From Euryarchaeota archaeon UBA462 (GTDB lineage Archaea; Thermoplasmatota; Poseidoniia; Poseidoniales; Thalassarchaeaceae): a DNA stretch of 64,000 bases. The stretch is from contig DAYD01000008.1 of assembly GCA_002506755.1 (NCBI GenBank), positions 2,151 through 66,150 of the forward strand. The letters are read 5' to 3'. The notes beneath the pieces were generated by a model. It had not been told where the DNA came from and made no database searches. It worked only from the letters and a program-made list of their open reading frames with translations. The translations under genes were made by a program, and so were the position numbers. Positions 34,303-44,209 of this stretch are shown one piece after another (the stretch's first letter is position 1; the number at the start of each line of letters is the position of its first letter).

Positions 34303-34914
34303 ATGGTCAGAATAAATAGGGTCCACACAGGCACTGGTGATGGTGGTAAGACCTCATTACTTGACGGATCCGTGGTAGGAAAAGAGAGCAAGAGAGTGGG
34401 ATTGTTCGGCACCGTTGACGAGTTGAATTCACAAATTGGAGTTGTTAGAATGGAACTTGGTAGGATGCCAGGCGTCACAAGATTCCACAGACCAAATGAC
34501 GCCGAAGAAGCCCTGTCAAGAGTTCAGCAGGAGCTCTTTGACCTAGGAGGAGAGTGTGCCTGTACACCCGGTAAGCTACCCGAACAAATGATATTAATCG
34601 GTATAGAAGAATGTGATCGGCTGGTCTCGGAGATGGACAGTTGGTTGGATGAGCTAGATCCGTTGGAATCTTTCATTTTACCCACAGGAATTGCCCCAGT
34701 GGCTTTCCTTCATGTAGCTAGAACTGTGGCAAGGAGGGCGGAGAGAGAGGCCTGTTTTGTTAGAGAGGAGGAAGGCGATAATTCTGTGAGAGATGAGGTG
34801 ATATTCTACCTTAATAGAATATCAGATTGGCTATTTGTGCTTGCGAGATGGATTACGAAAAATACAGGGGAAGAAGAGGTCTTATGGACACCATTAGGGA
34901 AGCGGAATGGGTGA
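34303..34914 (+). CDS. ATP:cob(I)alamin adenosyltransferase, PduO type
   Basis: The N-terminus VHTGTGDGGKTSLLDGSVVGKESKRVGLFGTVDELNSQIG matches the PduO/MMAB signature (T.tGD.G.TsL..g.rv.K...r...yG.vDELns.iG). Confidence 0.85.
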   Translation: MVRINRVHTGTGDGGKTSLLDGSVVGKESKRVGLFGTVDELNSQIGVVRMELGRMPGVTRFHRPNDAEEALSRVQQELFDLGGECACTPGKLPEQMILIGIEECDRLVSEMDSWLDELDPLESFILPTGIAPVAFLHVARTVARRAEREACFVREEEGDNSVRDEVIFYLNRISDWLFVLARWITKNTGEEEVLWTPLGKRNG

Positions 34915-34949
34915 TTAGCGTTTCATTTGAAAGGAATTAGGGTTTCGAA

Positions 34950-35384
34950 CTAAACCATTTTCCCAATCTTTTGCATGAATCTTTTTGCTGAAAGTAGAAG
35001 TTCTTTTTCTTGCTCGAAAGTAATCTGTTTCTCTGCCTCATCGAGTTGAAGCCAAAGATAGTTAGTATGCTCGTGAGACAATGATACATCCATTTCCTTG
35101 GTCTCGGCTAGATACCAGAAAACCTGCTTAGGAGTTTCCTTCCCTTTTCTGAAAAATGTATATTCTGTCATCTGACTCCAACCATCCAAAATGGATACCT
35201 GTGATATGCCTGTTTCTTCAGTTAGTTCTCTCAGGGCGGTAGAGTGGTGGTCCGAGTCCCCTTCCTCGACATGCCCCTTCGGAAAGCTCCAGTGGCCCTG
35301 CGGATATTGGAGGAGTAATATGCTATCAAAGTTGACAAGAATGAATCCGCATGAGGTCTCCGTTGTACCGGGTTTGCGTTGCAT
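34950..35384 (-). CDS. Nudix hydrolase
   Basis: Nudix box GHVEEGDSDHHSTALRELTEETGI. The start is moved to MQRKPGTTETSCGFILV (ATG at 35384) because the longer track ORF overlaps the divergent DHH gene. Confidence 0.8.
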   Translation of the reverse strand: MQRKPGTTETSCGFILVNFDSILLLQYPQGHWSFPKGHVEEGDSDHHSTALRELTEETGISQVSILDGWSQMTEYTFFRKGKETPKQVFWYLAETKEMDVSLSHEHTNYLWLQLDEAEKQITFEQEKELLLSAKRFMQKIGKMV

Positions 35385-35448
35385 ATCTATACTATGGGGC
35401 GCCCAAGGATGAAAACCTTCCGTGCAATGATGCGAAACCACAAATGAT

Positions 35449-36456
35449 GTGGGTCCAGTCGAAGATTCGATGGAGAAGCATCCGCTGGACTTGGAAATAC
35501 GGAGGATTGTCACGGATAGCGACCTAGACGGGGTGGTAACAGCTGCAATTCTGCTTAGATGGTGGAAGAAGGCCAAAGTGGAGTTCGGCCATCCGGGCGA
35601 GTTGCGGGCCGGTTTGCTGGACGATAAGATTGACCAATGGACTGCGGTATGTGATCTTCCCACTCACCCGGATTGTGCCTTGTGTATAGATCACCATCAA
35701 TCGAACAAACCTCAGGAGGCTACCGCGGAGGGCCCTGTGGTAATTTGGGAAGAGTCTCCTTCCGCAGCAAGAATTGCATTCGACCTAGTTTCAGAAAAAG
35801 TGGACCTGACAGATCTTGAAAATCTGTTAATCTGGGTAGACAAGCTCGATAGTGGGCAAATAAACAGAGAAGAGTATCTTTCGGAGTCTCCTGTGCTTTG
35901 GCTAAGTTGGGTCATCGATAGCGGTAAGCAAACAGCAATGCAAGTTATGAGGTCGCTCAGTGATGGGCTTGGAGTCGACAAGATTCTAGCTGGTTCGGTT
36001 ATCTCCGACGTAGTGAAGCAGAAAAGAGCAGAGCGTGAAGCTCTAAGAAATGCGATCGAAGAACGGATTATAGTTCACAATAGGTTGGCAGTAGTAAGGC
36101 TTGACGGCCTGGGGATGCGGTCCAACGGATACCAAGTTACTGCTATGGCGGGTGATTCATGCGATGCCTGCATTGTAGTACATGGGGATCTCGGGGGGTC
36201 CTTCGAAGACGAAAATAGATATCCGGTATCTGCGTCATTTTACACTAATTCATTTCTTCATATTAATGGTGGAATATTTGATCTAACTGCTTTCGCAACG
36301 CTTTTCGATCCTGATGGAGGAGGTCACGCAAATGCTTGTGGCTGTAGAATCAAACCTATCGGAGGAGGAGTTGTTGAAGAGAGGGAGGTACTTGAGAGTG
36401 ATATCGAGAGAAACATCTCAGCATGGTTGGAAATGTGGTGCTCTAGCCTGTCATAG
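35449..36456 (+). CDS. DHH-family phosphoesterase
   Basis: Motifs VTDSDLDGVVTAAIL and CIDHHQSN, followed by GGGHANACG near the C-terminus (DHHA1-like GGGH). Confidence 0.7.
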   Translation: MGPVEDSMEKHPLDLEIRRIVTDSDLDGVVTAAILLRWWKKAKVEFGHPGELRAGLLDDKIDQWTAVCDLPTHPDCALCIDHHQSNKPQEATAEGPVVIWEESPSAARIAFDLVSEKVDLTDLENLLIWVDKLDSGQINREEYLSESPVLWLSWVIDSGKQTAMQVMRSLSDGLGVDKILAGSVISDVVKQKRAEREALRNAIEERIIVHNRLAVVRLDGLGMRSNGYQVTAMAGDSCDACIVVHGDLGGSFEDENRYPVSASFYTNSFLHINGGIFDLTAFATLFDPDGGGHANACGCRIKPIGGGVVEEREVLESDIERNISAWLEMWCSSLS

Positions 36457-36915
36457 AATATTTAGAAGGTAAAGAAAACCAAGGAAGGCATGTATTGCCA
36501 CCAGTATTCCCAGTAGGTCGCTAACCTTACCATGCGCTTCCCTTGTCGATGTAAAATCCTGTTTAGTTCCCTTTAGGTGCTTTGTTTTTCTTCCTAGCTT
36601 CCATAGATAGTACATAAGCAACAACCCAATTAGACCGGTAATTCCATGGAAACTAGGGGTTAGATAGCTTGTTGGCTCACCATTATCTATAACTCCCCGT
36701 GCTATATTTGACACGAATGCTATTACGACTACGGATAGACTAGCGATGAGAATTCTGTCTCCCATTTTCTCGTGGTTATCTAGGGCCTGCCTTCTTTCAT
36801 CGCCTTTCAGATCTGATGAGAGTTCCCTCCACTTCCTTTGACTGAAAAATATCCAAATTAATACCAACGCGGCAGTTGGGTGGAGTGTGATAATTACAAC
36901 TCTGACAATATCCAC
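36451..36915 (-). CDS. Four-helix membrane protein with conserved-looking histidines (DUF4079-like guess)
   Basis: 154 aa with four hydrophobic helices. Histidines at helix ends: TLHPTAA, SFHGITG, EAHGKVS, AIHAFLG. Confidence 0.5.
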   Translation of the reverse strand: MDIVRVVIITLHPTAALVLIWIFFSQRKWRELSSDLKGDERRQALDNHEKMGDRILIASLSVVVIAFVSNIARGVIDNGEPTSYLTPSFHGITGLIGLLLMYYLWKLGRKTKHLKGTKQDFTSTREAHGKVSDLLGILVAIHAFLGFLYLLNIL

Positions 36916-36949
36916 GTTTTTCGGAGCAGAGACCTTGACTTAGATTTGG

Positions 36950-37615
36950 CTAATCAGTCGCTTGCTGCTTTTTCCTCTTCCAGACGGCTCTGTACCTTGT
37001 TGATTCTTTGCCTTCTATCTGGGAAATTAATAATTCGACCTTATCTAACCCCTTCCCTATCCGCTTAATAAAGTCGAGAGAAAGTGGCCATGGGGGGCCT
37101 GAGTCTTCATCGCGTGCTTCCTTCAATTTACCTATGCAAACTAGGTGTCCCCCCTCGGAGACTAGTGGGGCAAGTCTTTCTGAGGCTATTTTTCCTATTT
37201 TTCTCGGAATAGCCTGGATAATATGCACCTCCAAGACCAAATCATAGGAGGCAGTCCAAGAACTTGGTAATTCTAGTAGGTCTTCCACTAGCCACTCTAC
37301 AGAAACGTCTCCATGCAGGTTTTTTGCCCAATCAATAGCAGAGTTAGAAATATCGAAAGCAGTTACTTCCCAGCCCATCTTGCTCAGGAATGCTGCATCC
37401 TCACCAAGACCGCACCCCACCACAAGGGCCTTGCCACGGTATTCGGTAGATTTCACCCATTCAACCAAATATGGATGGGGCTCTCTCCAATCCCACGGAA
37501 TTAGGTCCCTTTCCTCATCTGAGTGTTTGTAGAGGTCCTCAAACCAAGATAGTGGGTCATCCGATTCAAGGGAACGATTGAAAATTTCCAGCATCTTCTC
37601 CCGGGCATCGTCCAT
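36950..37615 (-). CDS. Class I SAM-dependent methyltransferase
   Basis: Motif I ALVVGCGLGEDAAFLSKMGWEVTAFDIS; post-I/II LVEDLLELP...YDLVLEVHI. Confidence 0.75.
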   Translation of the reverse strand: MDDAREKMLEIFNRSLESDDPLSWFEDLYKHSDEERDLIPWDWREPHPYLVEWVKSTEYRGKALVVGCGLGEDAAFLSKMGWEVTAFDISNSAIDWAKNLHGDVSVEWLVEDLLELPSSWTASYDLVLEVHIIQAIPRKIGKIASERLAPLVSEGGHLVCIGKLKEARDEDSGPPWPLSLDFIKRIGKGLDKVELLISQIEGKESTRYRAVWKRKKQQATD

Positions 37616-37624
37616 GTTTTCAAC

Positions 37625-38854
37625 CTACATATTGGCGACTATTGCTTTACCGAATTCTGAACAAGATAGCAGTTTAGCATCCTTCATTAGACGCTCAAAG
37701 TCATATGTCACTGTACCGGCAGAGATTGCACCTTCCATGCCCTTGATGATCAAGTCCGCCGCTTCACCCCAACCTATGTGTCGCAGCATCATCTCAGCAG
37801 AGAGGATTAGGCTCCCGGGGTTTACTTTGTCCTGACCCGCGTATTTCGGAGCTGTGCCATGGGTAGCTTCGAAAATTGCTATGCCGGTATCGTAGTTGAC
37901 ATTAGCCCCGGGTGCAATTCCAATTCCTCCTACTTGAGCGGCAAGAGCATCTGATATGTAGTCGCCATTAAGGTTCATTGTTGTCAGAACGTCATACTCA
38001 TTTGGTCTTGTCAACAGTTGTTGGAGCATTGCGTCAGCAATTACGTCCTTTACAGTAATTTTTGTTCCAGTATTTGGATTGGTAAGACAACACCATGGAC
38101 CCCCATCTATCTCCGTAGCTCCGAATTCTTCTTTGGCCAACTGGTAACCCCAGTCCCTAAAACCCCCCTCGGTGAATTTCATTATGTTTCCCTTGTGGAC
38201 TAAAGTAACGCTTTTCCTATCATTATCTATCGCGTATTTGATTGCAGCTCGGACAATTCTCGCAGTTCCTTCCTTGCTGATTGGCTTTATTCCGATACCA
38301 GATGTCGATGGGAATCTAATTTTGTCGACTCCCATTTCGTCCTGAAGGAAATCAATTAGCTTGCTGGCTCCGTCACTTCCGCTCTCCCATTCTATTCCTG
38401 CGTAGACATCCTCACTATTTTCCCTGAAAATAACCATATCGACAGCACCAGGATCTCTCACCGGGCTGGGAGTACCCTCAAACCATCTAACGGGCCTTAC
38501 ACATGCAAACAGATCCAATTGCTGCCTCAGAGCTACATTTAGGCTCCTAATCCCCCCTCCAACGGGAGTTGTAAGTGGACCCTTGATTGATATGAGTCCT
38601 TGACGCATGGAGTTCTTTGTTTCTTCAGGAAGCCATTCACCGACTGCATCGAATGCTTTTTGACCGGCAAGGACCTCTTGCCAGTTTATTTTCCTATTAC
38701 CATCGTAGGCCTTGTTTACGGCGGAATTTACCACAGAAATCATCACTGGAGTGATATCGGTCCCAATTCCATCCCCCTCTATGTAGTGTATCTTAGGGTT
38801 GCTTGGAACCTCCAATCGGCCATCAGAAATTGAAATCGTTTCTGTCTTAGTCAT
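37625..38854 (-). CDS. icd: Isocitrate dehydrogenase (NADP-type)
   Basis: [65 protein letters not shown]. The start is moved to MTKTETISI (ATG at 38854) to avoid overlap with the divergent OsmC gene. Confidence 0.9.
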   Translation of the reverse strand: MTKTETISISDGRLEVPSNPKIHYIEGDGIGTDITPVMISVVNSAVNKAYDGNRKINWQEVLAGQKAFDAVGEWLPEETKNSMRQGLISIKGPLTTPVGGGIRSLNVALRQQLDLFACVRPVRWFEGTPSPVRDPGAVDMVIFRENSEDVYAGIEWESGSDGASKLIDFLQDEMGVDKIRFPSTSGIGIKPISKEGTARIVRAAIKYAIDNDRKSVTLVHKGNIMKFTEGGFRDWGYQLAKEEFGATEIDGGPWCCLTNPNTGTKITVKDVIADAMLQQLLTRPNEYDVLTTMNLNGDYISDALAAQVGGIGIAPGANVNYDTGIAIFEATHGTAPKYAGQDKVNPGSLILSAEMMLRHIGWGEAADLIIKGMEGAISAGTVTYDFERLMKDAKLLSCSEFGKAIVANM

Positions 38855-38884
38855 TTTATCGTGCCTGCGAGTGATGAGATATAG

Positions 38885-39319
38885 ATGAAGCCAACCCTTC
38901 AAGGGGGTGGGTTTGTTCGAAGCTATGTGAACGGAGAGGTTCTTTGGACTAATGATGGAGGATATGTGGGGACAACTGGCGCGGGAAAAAGATTCGACAT
39001 ATACGGAGAATCAAGTCCTAGCCCGATGGAGATGGTTCTACATGGGCACGCAGCTTGCTCTCTGATTGATGTTATTGATGGACTGAAGCACCGAATAGAA
39101 AAACTACAATCTGCAAGAGTTGAGATCAATGCTTCAAGAGCAGAAGAGAGCCCCAAGGTTTTCACATCTATCCAGATGAATTACATAATTTCTGGAGATA
39201 TTCCTGAAGCTCTGGTTCGTAGGCTAATTGAAAGCAGTCATGAAAAGTATTGCAGCGTTGGCATAATGATTACTCGGTCAGGAGCTAGTCTTGACTGGAC
39301 CCTTCGAATGGAGGGATAA
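38885..39319 (+). CDS. OsmC-family protein (peroxiredoxin-like)
   Basis: [27 protein letters not shown] ... [12 protein letters not shown]: the two conserved Cys contexts of OsmC/Ohr. Confidence 0.75.
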   Translation: MKPTLQGGGFVRSYVNGEVLWTNDGGYVGTTGAGKRFDIYGESSPSPMEMVLHGHAACSLIDVIDGLKHRIEKLQSARVEINASRAEESPKVFTSIQMNYIISGDIPEALVRRLIESSHEKYCSVGIMITRSGASLDWTLRMEG

Positions 39320-39330
39320 TGAAGGTTAGA

Positions 39331-39356
39331 TTTCCATTGGAAATTTTCAGATTTTT
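39331..39356 (+). terminator. Candidate terminator after the OsmC gene (short inverted repeat plus oligo-T runs)
   Basis: TTTCCAtTGGAAA, followed by TTTT (39344-39347) and TTTTT (39352-39356), 12 nt after the stop codon. Archaeal termination typically uses oligo-T. Confidence 0.3.
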
Positions 39357-39478
39357 GTCAAAATGCTGGCAAAGGTAGCCGATTCAATACTAATCATTAA
39401 AGGGCGCCCATTCGGAAACGCAACTCCCTTGCACAGGCGGGACCAATCCTGACTGTAAATAATGGGAGTGAGATAAAA

Positions 39479-42400
39479 ATGCAGACAAAAATTTCGTCAT
39501 CTGATAAGAAGCTAGACTCTGAAAGCGGCCTAGTGGTGGAGAGGCGATTTACCTCGGCAGGCCAAGACCCCTTCGACTCTTTCGAATGGATTACAATGGA
39601 CGTCGAGATTCGGAACCCTGATGGCTCAATGGCCGATTCAATTGAAGGAGTTTCTCTCCCTTCTGGTTTCTCTGGAGTACCCGGAAAGGTCTGCGCCCAG
39701 AAATATCTACGCAAGGCGGGTGTTCCGAAGTATCTTCGGAACGTTCCCGAAGAGGGGGTGCCTGTCTGGCTACAGCGAAGTGAGCCAGATCACGAGCGGC
39801 TTCAGAAAGTTGATGTCGCCGATAGAATGGGTGGTGAGATTGACGGGAGGCAATTATTCCGTCGACTTGCAGGGACCTGGACCTACTGGGGCTGGAAGTA
39901 CGGCTACTTCGCAAGCGAGGCAGATGCCCGCGCCTACTTCGATGAGATGTGTTACCTGATCGCTAGTCAGCGTTCCGCACCAAACAGCCCCCAGTGGTTC
40001 AACACAGGCTTACATTGGGCGTACGGAATCGAGGGGCCTGCCCAGGGCCATAGTTTCGTTGACCCTGATACAGGTGTGTTGGGGAAGTCAACCAATGCAT
40101 ACGAGCACCCCCAGCCACATGCCTGCTTTATTCAATCTGTATCGGACTCCCTGGTGGGAGGGACAGATTCGATTATGGGTCTCTGGAACAGGGAGGCGCT
40201 GTTATTCAAATACGGTTCTGGGACAGGCTCAAATTTCTCGAACATCAGAGGTAGAGGGGAGCCTCTCTCTGGCGGAGGTACCTCGAGCGGACTGCTGTCG
40301 TTCTTGAAAATAGGAGATAGAGCCGCTGGGGCAATAAAGTCTGGAGGAACAACTCGAAGGGCTGCGAAGATGGTGACACTCGACATGGATCATCCTGATA
40401 TTGAAGAGTACATTGATTGGAAGCCTTCGGAAGAGGAAAAGGTCTCCGCACTAGTTATCGGGAGTACAATCCTGCAGAAACACGCTGACTCCATTATGGA
40501 GTCGATTTGGTCATTTGGAGATGATGAGGGGAGGTTCAGTCAGAAAACGAATCCAGGCCTAAAAAATGCCATGGTCAAGGCGATAAATGACAGTGTGCCG
40601 CAAGCTCATATCAAAAGAATAGTTGACCTTGCAGAACAAGGCTGGAAGGGCTTGGAATTCGAAGTGTTGGACACCGATTGGCAGGGAGAGGCTTACATGA
40701 CTGTCTCGGGCCAAAATAGCAACAATTCTGTCAGAGTCCCGAATTCCTTTATGGATGCAGTAGAATCAGGAGAAGGGTGGGGCCTATACTTCAGAACAGA
40801 AAGAGAACTGGCGGCTAACGAAGGAAGGGACCCAGTCCCGTGCAAAACCGTCGATTCTAGGGCACTTTGGGACAAGGTCGCATATACTGCATGGGCTTGT
40901 GCAGATCCTGGAGTGCAATTTGATACCACGATAAACGAGTGGCATACATGCCCTCAAGCTGGTAGGATCAATGGGTCTAATCCATGCTCTGAGTATATGT
41001 TCCTAGATGACACAGCCTGCAACCTAGCCAGCATCAACCTACTTCACTACTATGATCTGGACACTCACACCTTCCAAATCGATGATTTCAGACACAGCGT
41101 GCGAATCTGGACAACGACCTTGGAAATTAGTGTTCTGATGGCTCAATTCCCGTCTGAATCTATTGCTAAGGGCTCCTACGATTACAGAACTTTGGGATTG
41201 GGCTACTGCAATATTGGATCACTGCTGACACACATGGGAATCCCATATGATGATGAAAGGGCATTTTCAGTTTGTGGAGCGATTACCTCCATAATGTGTG
41301 GGGAATCCTATGCTACAAGTGCTGAGATGGCCTCACATCTGGGCCCATTTCCCGATTACGAGCGAAACTCGGAGGATATGCTTAGAGTGATGCGAAATCA
41401 CCGAAGAGCTGCCTATGACGCTCCTGAAGAGGAATACGAAGGCATCACGGTCCCCCCTATGGGAATAGATTCGAAGAAGTGTCCAAAGGATTTGCTTGAG
41501 GCGGCTAGGAGCTGCTGGGATAGAGCAGTAATCGAGGGCGAGGAGCATGGATATCGAAACGCACAGACGACAGTTATCGCTCCCACAGGAACGATAGGAT
41601 TGGTAATGGGTGCTGACACCACGGGCATCGAGCCACAGTTCTCAATGGTTCAATACAAACAACTAGCTGGAGGGGGGTCTCTGAGAATTATCAACCAAGG
41701 CCTTCCCAGCGCACTATCAAGGCTAGGATACTCCAAATCTGAGGCGAAGGAAATTGAAGAGTATGTAGTAGGCACAGGCAGATTGAGTCCTTCAATTTCT
41801 CGTGACGTGCTGAAGAAGGCGGGATTGAGTCCCGAACAATTGAGTATGATTGAGTCTGAACTACCAAAAGTATTCCACGTAAGGAACGCCTTCTCACCTG
41901 ATATCTTAGGAAAGGATTTCTGTATCGAAAATCTTGGTATGTCGGAAGATGATTTCTTTGTTGATGATGAGGGAGAAACCAAGTGTAGCAATCCTTGGTT
42001 CGATACTCTGGGTGAAATCGGAATGAGTAATGATGAGATTGAGGCGGCCAACACGGAGATCATAGGCCGAGGAACGATTGAGGGCGCTCCTGGTCTGAAG
42101 GAAGAGCATCTTCCGATCTTCGACTGTGCACAACCATCTGGCTCCGGTGTGAGGTCGATTGCTCCAGCAGGGCACGTGAAGATGATGGCAGCGGCGCAAC
42201 CGTTCATATCTGGAGCTATTTCGAAAACTATCAACATGCCATCGGACTGCTCAATTGAGGATGTTAGAGAGGCTTACAATCTCAGTCATGCTACAATGAA
42301 CAAAGCATGTGCGGTTTACAGGGATGGAAGCAAGCTTTCTCAGCCTCTGATGAGTCAATTAGTCGACTCGATGGAGCTTGAAGAGGAGGAGCAGGAAGTT

Positions 42401-43132
42401 GCTGAGATGATGGTTGAAGAGGCCGTTAGCGCAATCCCTGTCCCAGAAGAGGATGCCAGGCCCGTGGCGCAAGCCCTTGTTCAGAACTATATCGCGGCTA
42501 GAAGGCCCCTTCCTGACATGAAATCTGGAACTAACTTCAAGGCGAGGGTTGGCGGACACAGCGTCAGGCTAATCACTGGGGAGTATGAAGATGGAAGGCT
42601 TGGTGAAATATTCTTGCTGACATCAAAGGAAGGAGCTGCTTGGAGAGCCCTGTTGTCCCAATTTGCTATCGCGGTTTCCATAGGTTTGCAACATGGAGTA
42701 CCGATAGATGCTTTCGTCAAATCTTTCACTTTCTCTAAGTTTGAGCCAAGTGGCATGATAGAAGGTGGAAGCGGTCGGGTTAAGATGTCATCCAGTATCA
42801 TTGACTGGGTATTCAGGGAGCTTGGAATAAAATACGACGGCAGAGATGACTTGGCTCATGTCGAAGCCGTTGACTTGGACCCGTTCTCTATTAGTAAACC
42901 AGAGATGACTAACCAGGGCCTATCGAGGTCCCAAGGTGAGAAAAGAGAGATCCAAATGACTCTCGAGGCCGCGGTGGCTCCCATTGTTGACTCTGAGAGC
43001 GCTATCAGAAGGGCCGCGAAAGAGAGAGGTTTCACCGGGGACATATGTGACGACTGTGGTGGTAGTCAGATGGTTAGGAACGGAACCTGTCTGAAGTGCA
43101 ATGAGTGCGGCTCAACCACTGGTTGCTCTTGA
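39479..43132 (+). CDS. nrdJ: Adenosylcobalamin-dependent (class II) ribonucleotide reductase
   Basis: N-terminus RRFTSAGQDPFDSFEWITMDVEIRNPDG...VCAQKYLRKAG; thiyl-radical region GSNPCSEYMFLDDTACNLASINL; C-terminal Cys-rich tail CDDCGGSQMVRNGTCLKCNECGSTTGCS. GGGAGTGAG lies 6 nt upstream of the ATG. Confidence 0.9.
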   Translation: MQTKISSSDKKLDSESGLVVERRFTSAGQDPFDSFEWITMDVEIRNPDGSMADSIEGVSLPSGFSGVPGKVCAQKYLRKAGVPKYLRNVPEEGVPVWLQRSEPDHERLQKVDVADRMGGEIDGRQLFRRLAGTWTYWGWKYGYFASEADARAYFDEMCYLIASQRSAPNSPQWFNTGLHWAYGIEGPAQGHSFVDPDTGVLGKSTNAYEHPQPHACFIQSVSDSLVGGTDSIMGLWNREALLFKYGSGTGSNFSNIRGRGEPLSGGGTSSGLLSFLKIGDRAAGAIKSGGTTRRAAKMVTLDMDHPDIEEYIDWKPSEEEKVSALVIGSTILQKHADSIMESIWSFGDDEGRFSQKTNPGLKNAMVKAINDSVPQAHIKRIVDLAEQGWKGLEFEVLDTDWQGEAYMTVSGQNSNNSVRVPNSFMDAVESGEGWGLYFRTERELAANEGRDPVPCKTVDSRALWDKVAYTAWACADPGVQFDTTINEWHTCPQAGRINGSNPCSEYMFLDDTACNLASINLLHYYDLDTHTFQIDDFRHSVRIWTTTLEISVLMAQFPSESIAKGSYDYRTLGLGYCNIGSLLTHMGIPYDDERAFSVCGAITSIMCGESYATSAEMASHLGPFPDYERNSEDMLRVMRNHRRAAYDAPEEEYEGITVPPMGIDSKKCPKDLLEAARSCWDRAVIEGEEHGYRNAQTTVIAPTGTIGLVMGADTTGIEPQFSMVQYKQLAGGGSLRIINQGLPSALSRLGYSKSEAKEIEEYVVGTGRLSPSISRDVLKKAGLSPEQLSMIESELPKVFHVRNAFSPDILGKDFCIENLGMSEDDFFVDDEGETKCSNPWFDTLGEIGMSNDEIEAANTEIIGRGTIEGAPGLKEEHLPIFDCAQPSGSGVRSIAPAGHVKMMAAAQPFISGAISKTINMPSDCSIEDVREAYNLSHATMNKACAVYRDGSKLSQPLMSQLVDSMELEEEEQEVAEMMVEEAVSAIPVPEEDARPVAQALVQNYIAARRPLPDMKSGTNFKARVGGHSVRLITGEYEDGRLGEIFLLTSKEGAAWRALLSQFAIAVSIGLQHGVPIDAFVKSFTFSKFEPSGMIEGGSGRVKMSSSIIDWVFRELGIKYDGRDDLAHVEAVDLDPFSISKPEMTNQGLSRSQGEKREIQMTLEAAVAPIVDSESAIRRAAKERGFTGDICDDCGGSQMVRNGTCLKCNECGSTTGCS

Positions 43133-43163
43133 AACGAAACTCTTGAGAGAAGTTCTCGACCTC

Positions 43164-44087
43164 TCATATCTCGAGCTCAATACTCAGGTTTTGAATGAGC
43201 TCCTTGTATCGGTTTCTAATTGTGACCTCAGTCACCCCGGCAACCTCAGCTACCTCTCTCTGAGTCCTACGCTTCCCGCAGAGGACACTCGCAATGTAGA
43301 TGATTGAGGCTGCGATCCCTGTAGGTCCTCTTCCGCTAGTAAGCTCCTTCTCCTGTGCTGCTGCTATTAGCTCATACGCTTTAGCCTGCACTTCAGCATC
43401 AAGGTCTAGGCCCGAGCAAAATCTGGGAATGTAGTCTTCTGGCTTGGTCGGGGGGATTTTCATCCTTAATTCTCGCACCATGAATCTGTATGTCCTTCCA
43501 ATCTCCTTCCTACCTGTTCTGCTTGCTTCTCCAATCTCATCCAGAGTTCTGGGGTTCTCGCAAATCCTGCAGGCAGCGTAGAGGCTGGCTGCTGCCACTC
43601 CTTCGATCGATCGACCTCTAATTAACCTAGCATCTACGGCCTTGCCATAGGTCACAGCCGCCGTTTCTCTGATAGTTTTGGGCAATTCTAACCTACTAGC
43701 CATTCTGTCTAATTCGGCCAATGCCATGGCCTTATTTCGCTCTGTGGCATTGCTTACTCTAGATCGCTTTTGCCATTTTCTCATTCTGTAAAACTGGCTT
43801 CGATATCTACTGGAGATCGACTTCCCTGAGTAATCCTTGTTCTGCCAGTCTATGTCTGTTGAAAGGCCCTTATCATGCAGCATAACGGTCATCGGGGCAC
43901 CGGTCCTTGCCCTCTGATCACCCTGTTCTGGGCTGAACACTCTCCATTCTGCGCCCTGATCAATCACCTTGTCCTCCAAAACGAGTCCGCAGTCATCGCA
44001 TACTACTTCCCCTCTGGATTCGTCCTTACTCAAATTTCGGCTTCCACATTCATCGCACTTTACTGTATCCTCAACAAGGTATGACAT
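43164..44087 (-). CDS. tfb: Transcription initiation factor IIB (TFB)
   Basis: Zn ribbon [25 protein letters not shown]-finger/linker, and two cyclin folds ([17 protein letters not shown]; [16 protein letters not shown]). Confidence 0.95.
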   Translation of the reverse strand: MSYLVEDTVKCDECGSRNLSKDESRGEVVCDDCGLVLEDKVIDQGAEWRVFSPEQGDQRARTGAPMTVMLHDKGLSTDIDWQNKDYSGKSISSRYRSQFYRMRKWQKRSRVSNATERNKAMALAELDRMASRLELPKTIRETAAVTYGKAVDARLIRGRSIEGVAAASLYAACRICENPRTLDEIGEASRTGRKEIGRTYRFMVRELRMKIPPTKPEDYIPRFCSGLDLDAEVQAKAYELIAAAQEKELTSGRGPTGIAASIIYIASVLCGKRRTQREVAEVAGVTEVTIRNRYKELIQNLSIELEI

Positions 44088-44093
44088 TCATCC

Positions 44094-44102
44094 TCACCTC
44101 CT
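44094..44102 (-). promoter_or_regulatory. Shine-Dalgarno sequence of tfb
   Basis: The reverse strand reads gaAAGGAGGTGAggatgaATG. AGGAGGTGA is a 9-nt match to the canonical anti-SD complement, 6 nt before the start codon. Confidence 0.55.
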
Positions 44103-44209
44103 TTCTACGAAAGGTATTAAATCCGCGATTGGCATGTTATTTAAGTCTATTATTTCAGAGCTAAGTCGATCTCAATCGAGAAGTTAGTTAATATGAAAAA
44201 TCGAGAATC

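Noticed and set aside
39320-39478. A possible cobalamin riboswitch in the 159-bp leader of nrdJ (contains AATCC...GACTGTAA and a CCCATT/AATGGG long-range pairing).
   Set aside because: I found no recognisable B12 box (GCCACTG context). The region is too short for the full aptamer, and B12 riboswitches normally repress B12-independent isozymes or transporters. A covariance-model scan (cobalamin riboswitch model) would settle it.
41650-42237. A 195-aa minus-strand ORF and other ORFs antisense to nrdJ, top6B (48005-48415), the flavoprotein gene (59141-59680) and ligA (21772-22359).
   Set aside because: All lie inside strongly supported genes on the opposite strand. Their S/P/L-rich translations have no motifs.
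39479-43132. The unusually long NrdJ (1217 aa), which could host an intein.
   Set aside because: I saw no intein block signatures: no Cys/Ser-start splice junction after the catalytic motifs, no terminal HN-[CST], and no LAGLIDADG/HNH endonuclease motifs. Long NrdJ forms of ~1200 aa are known. An alignment would confirm.
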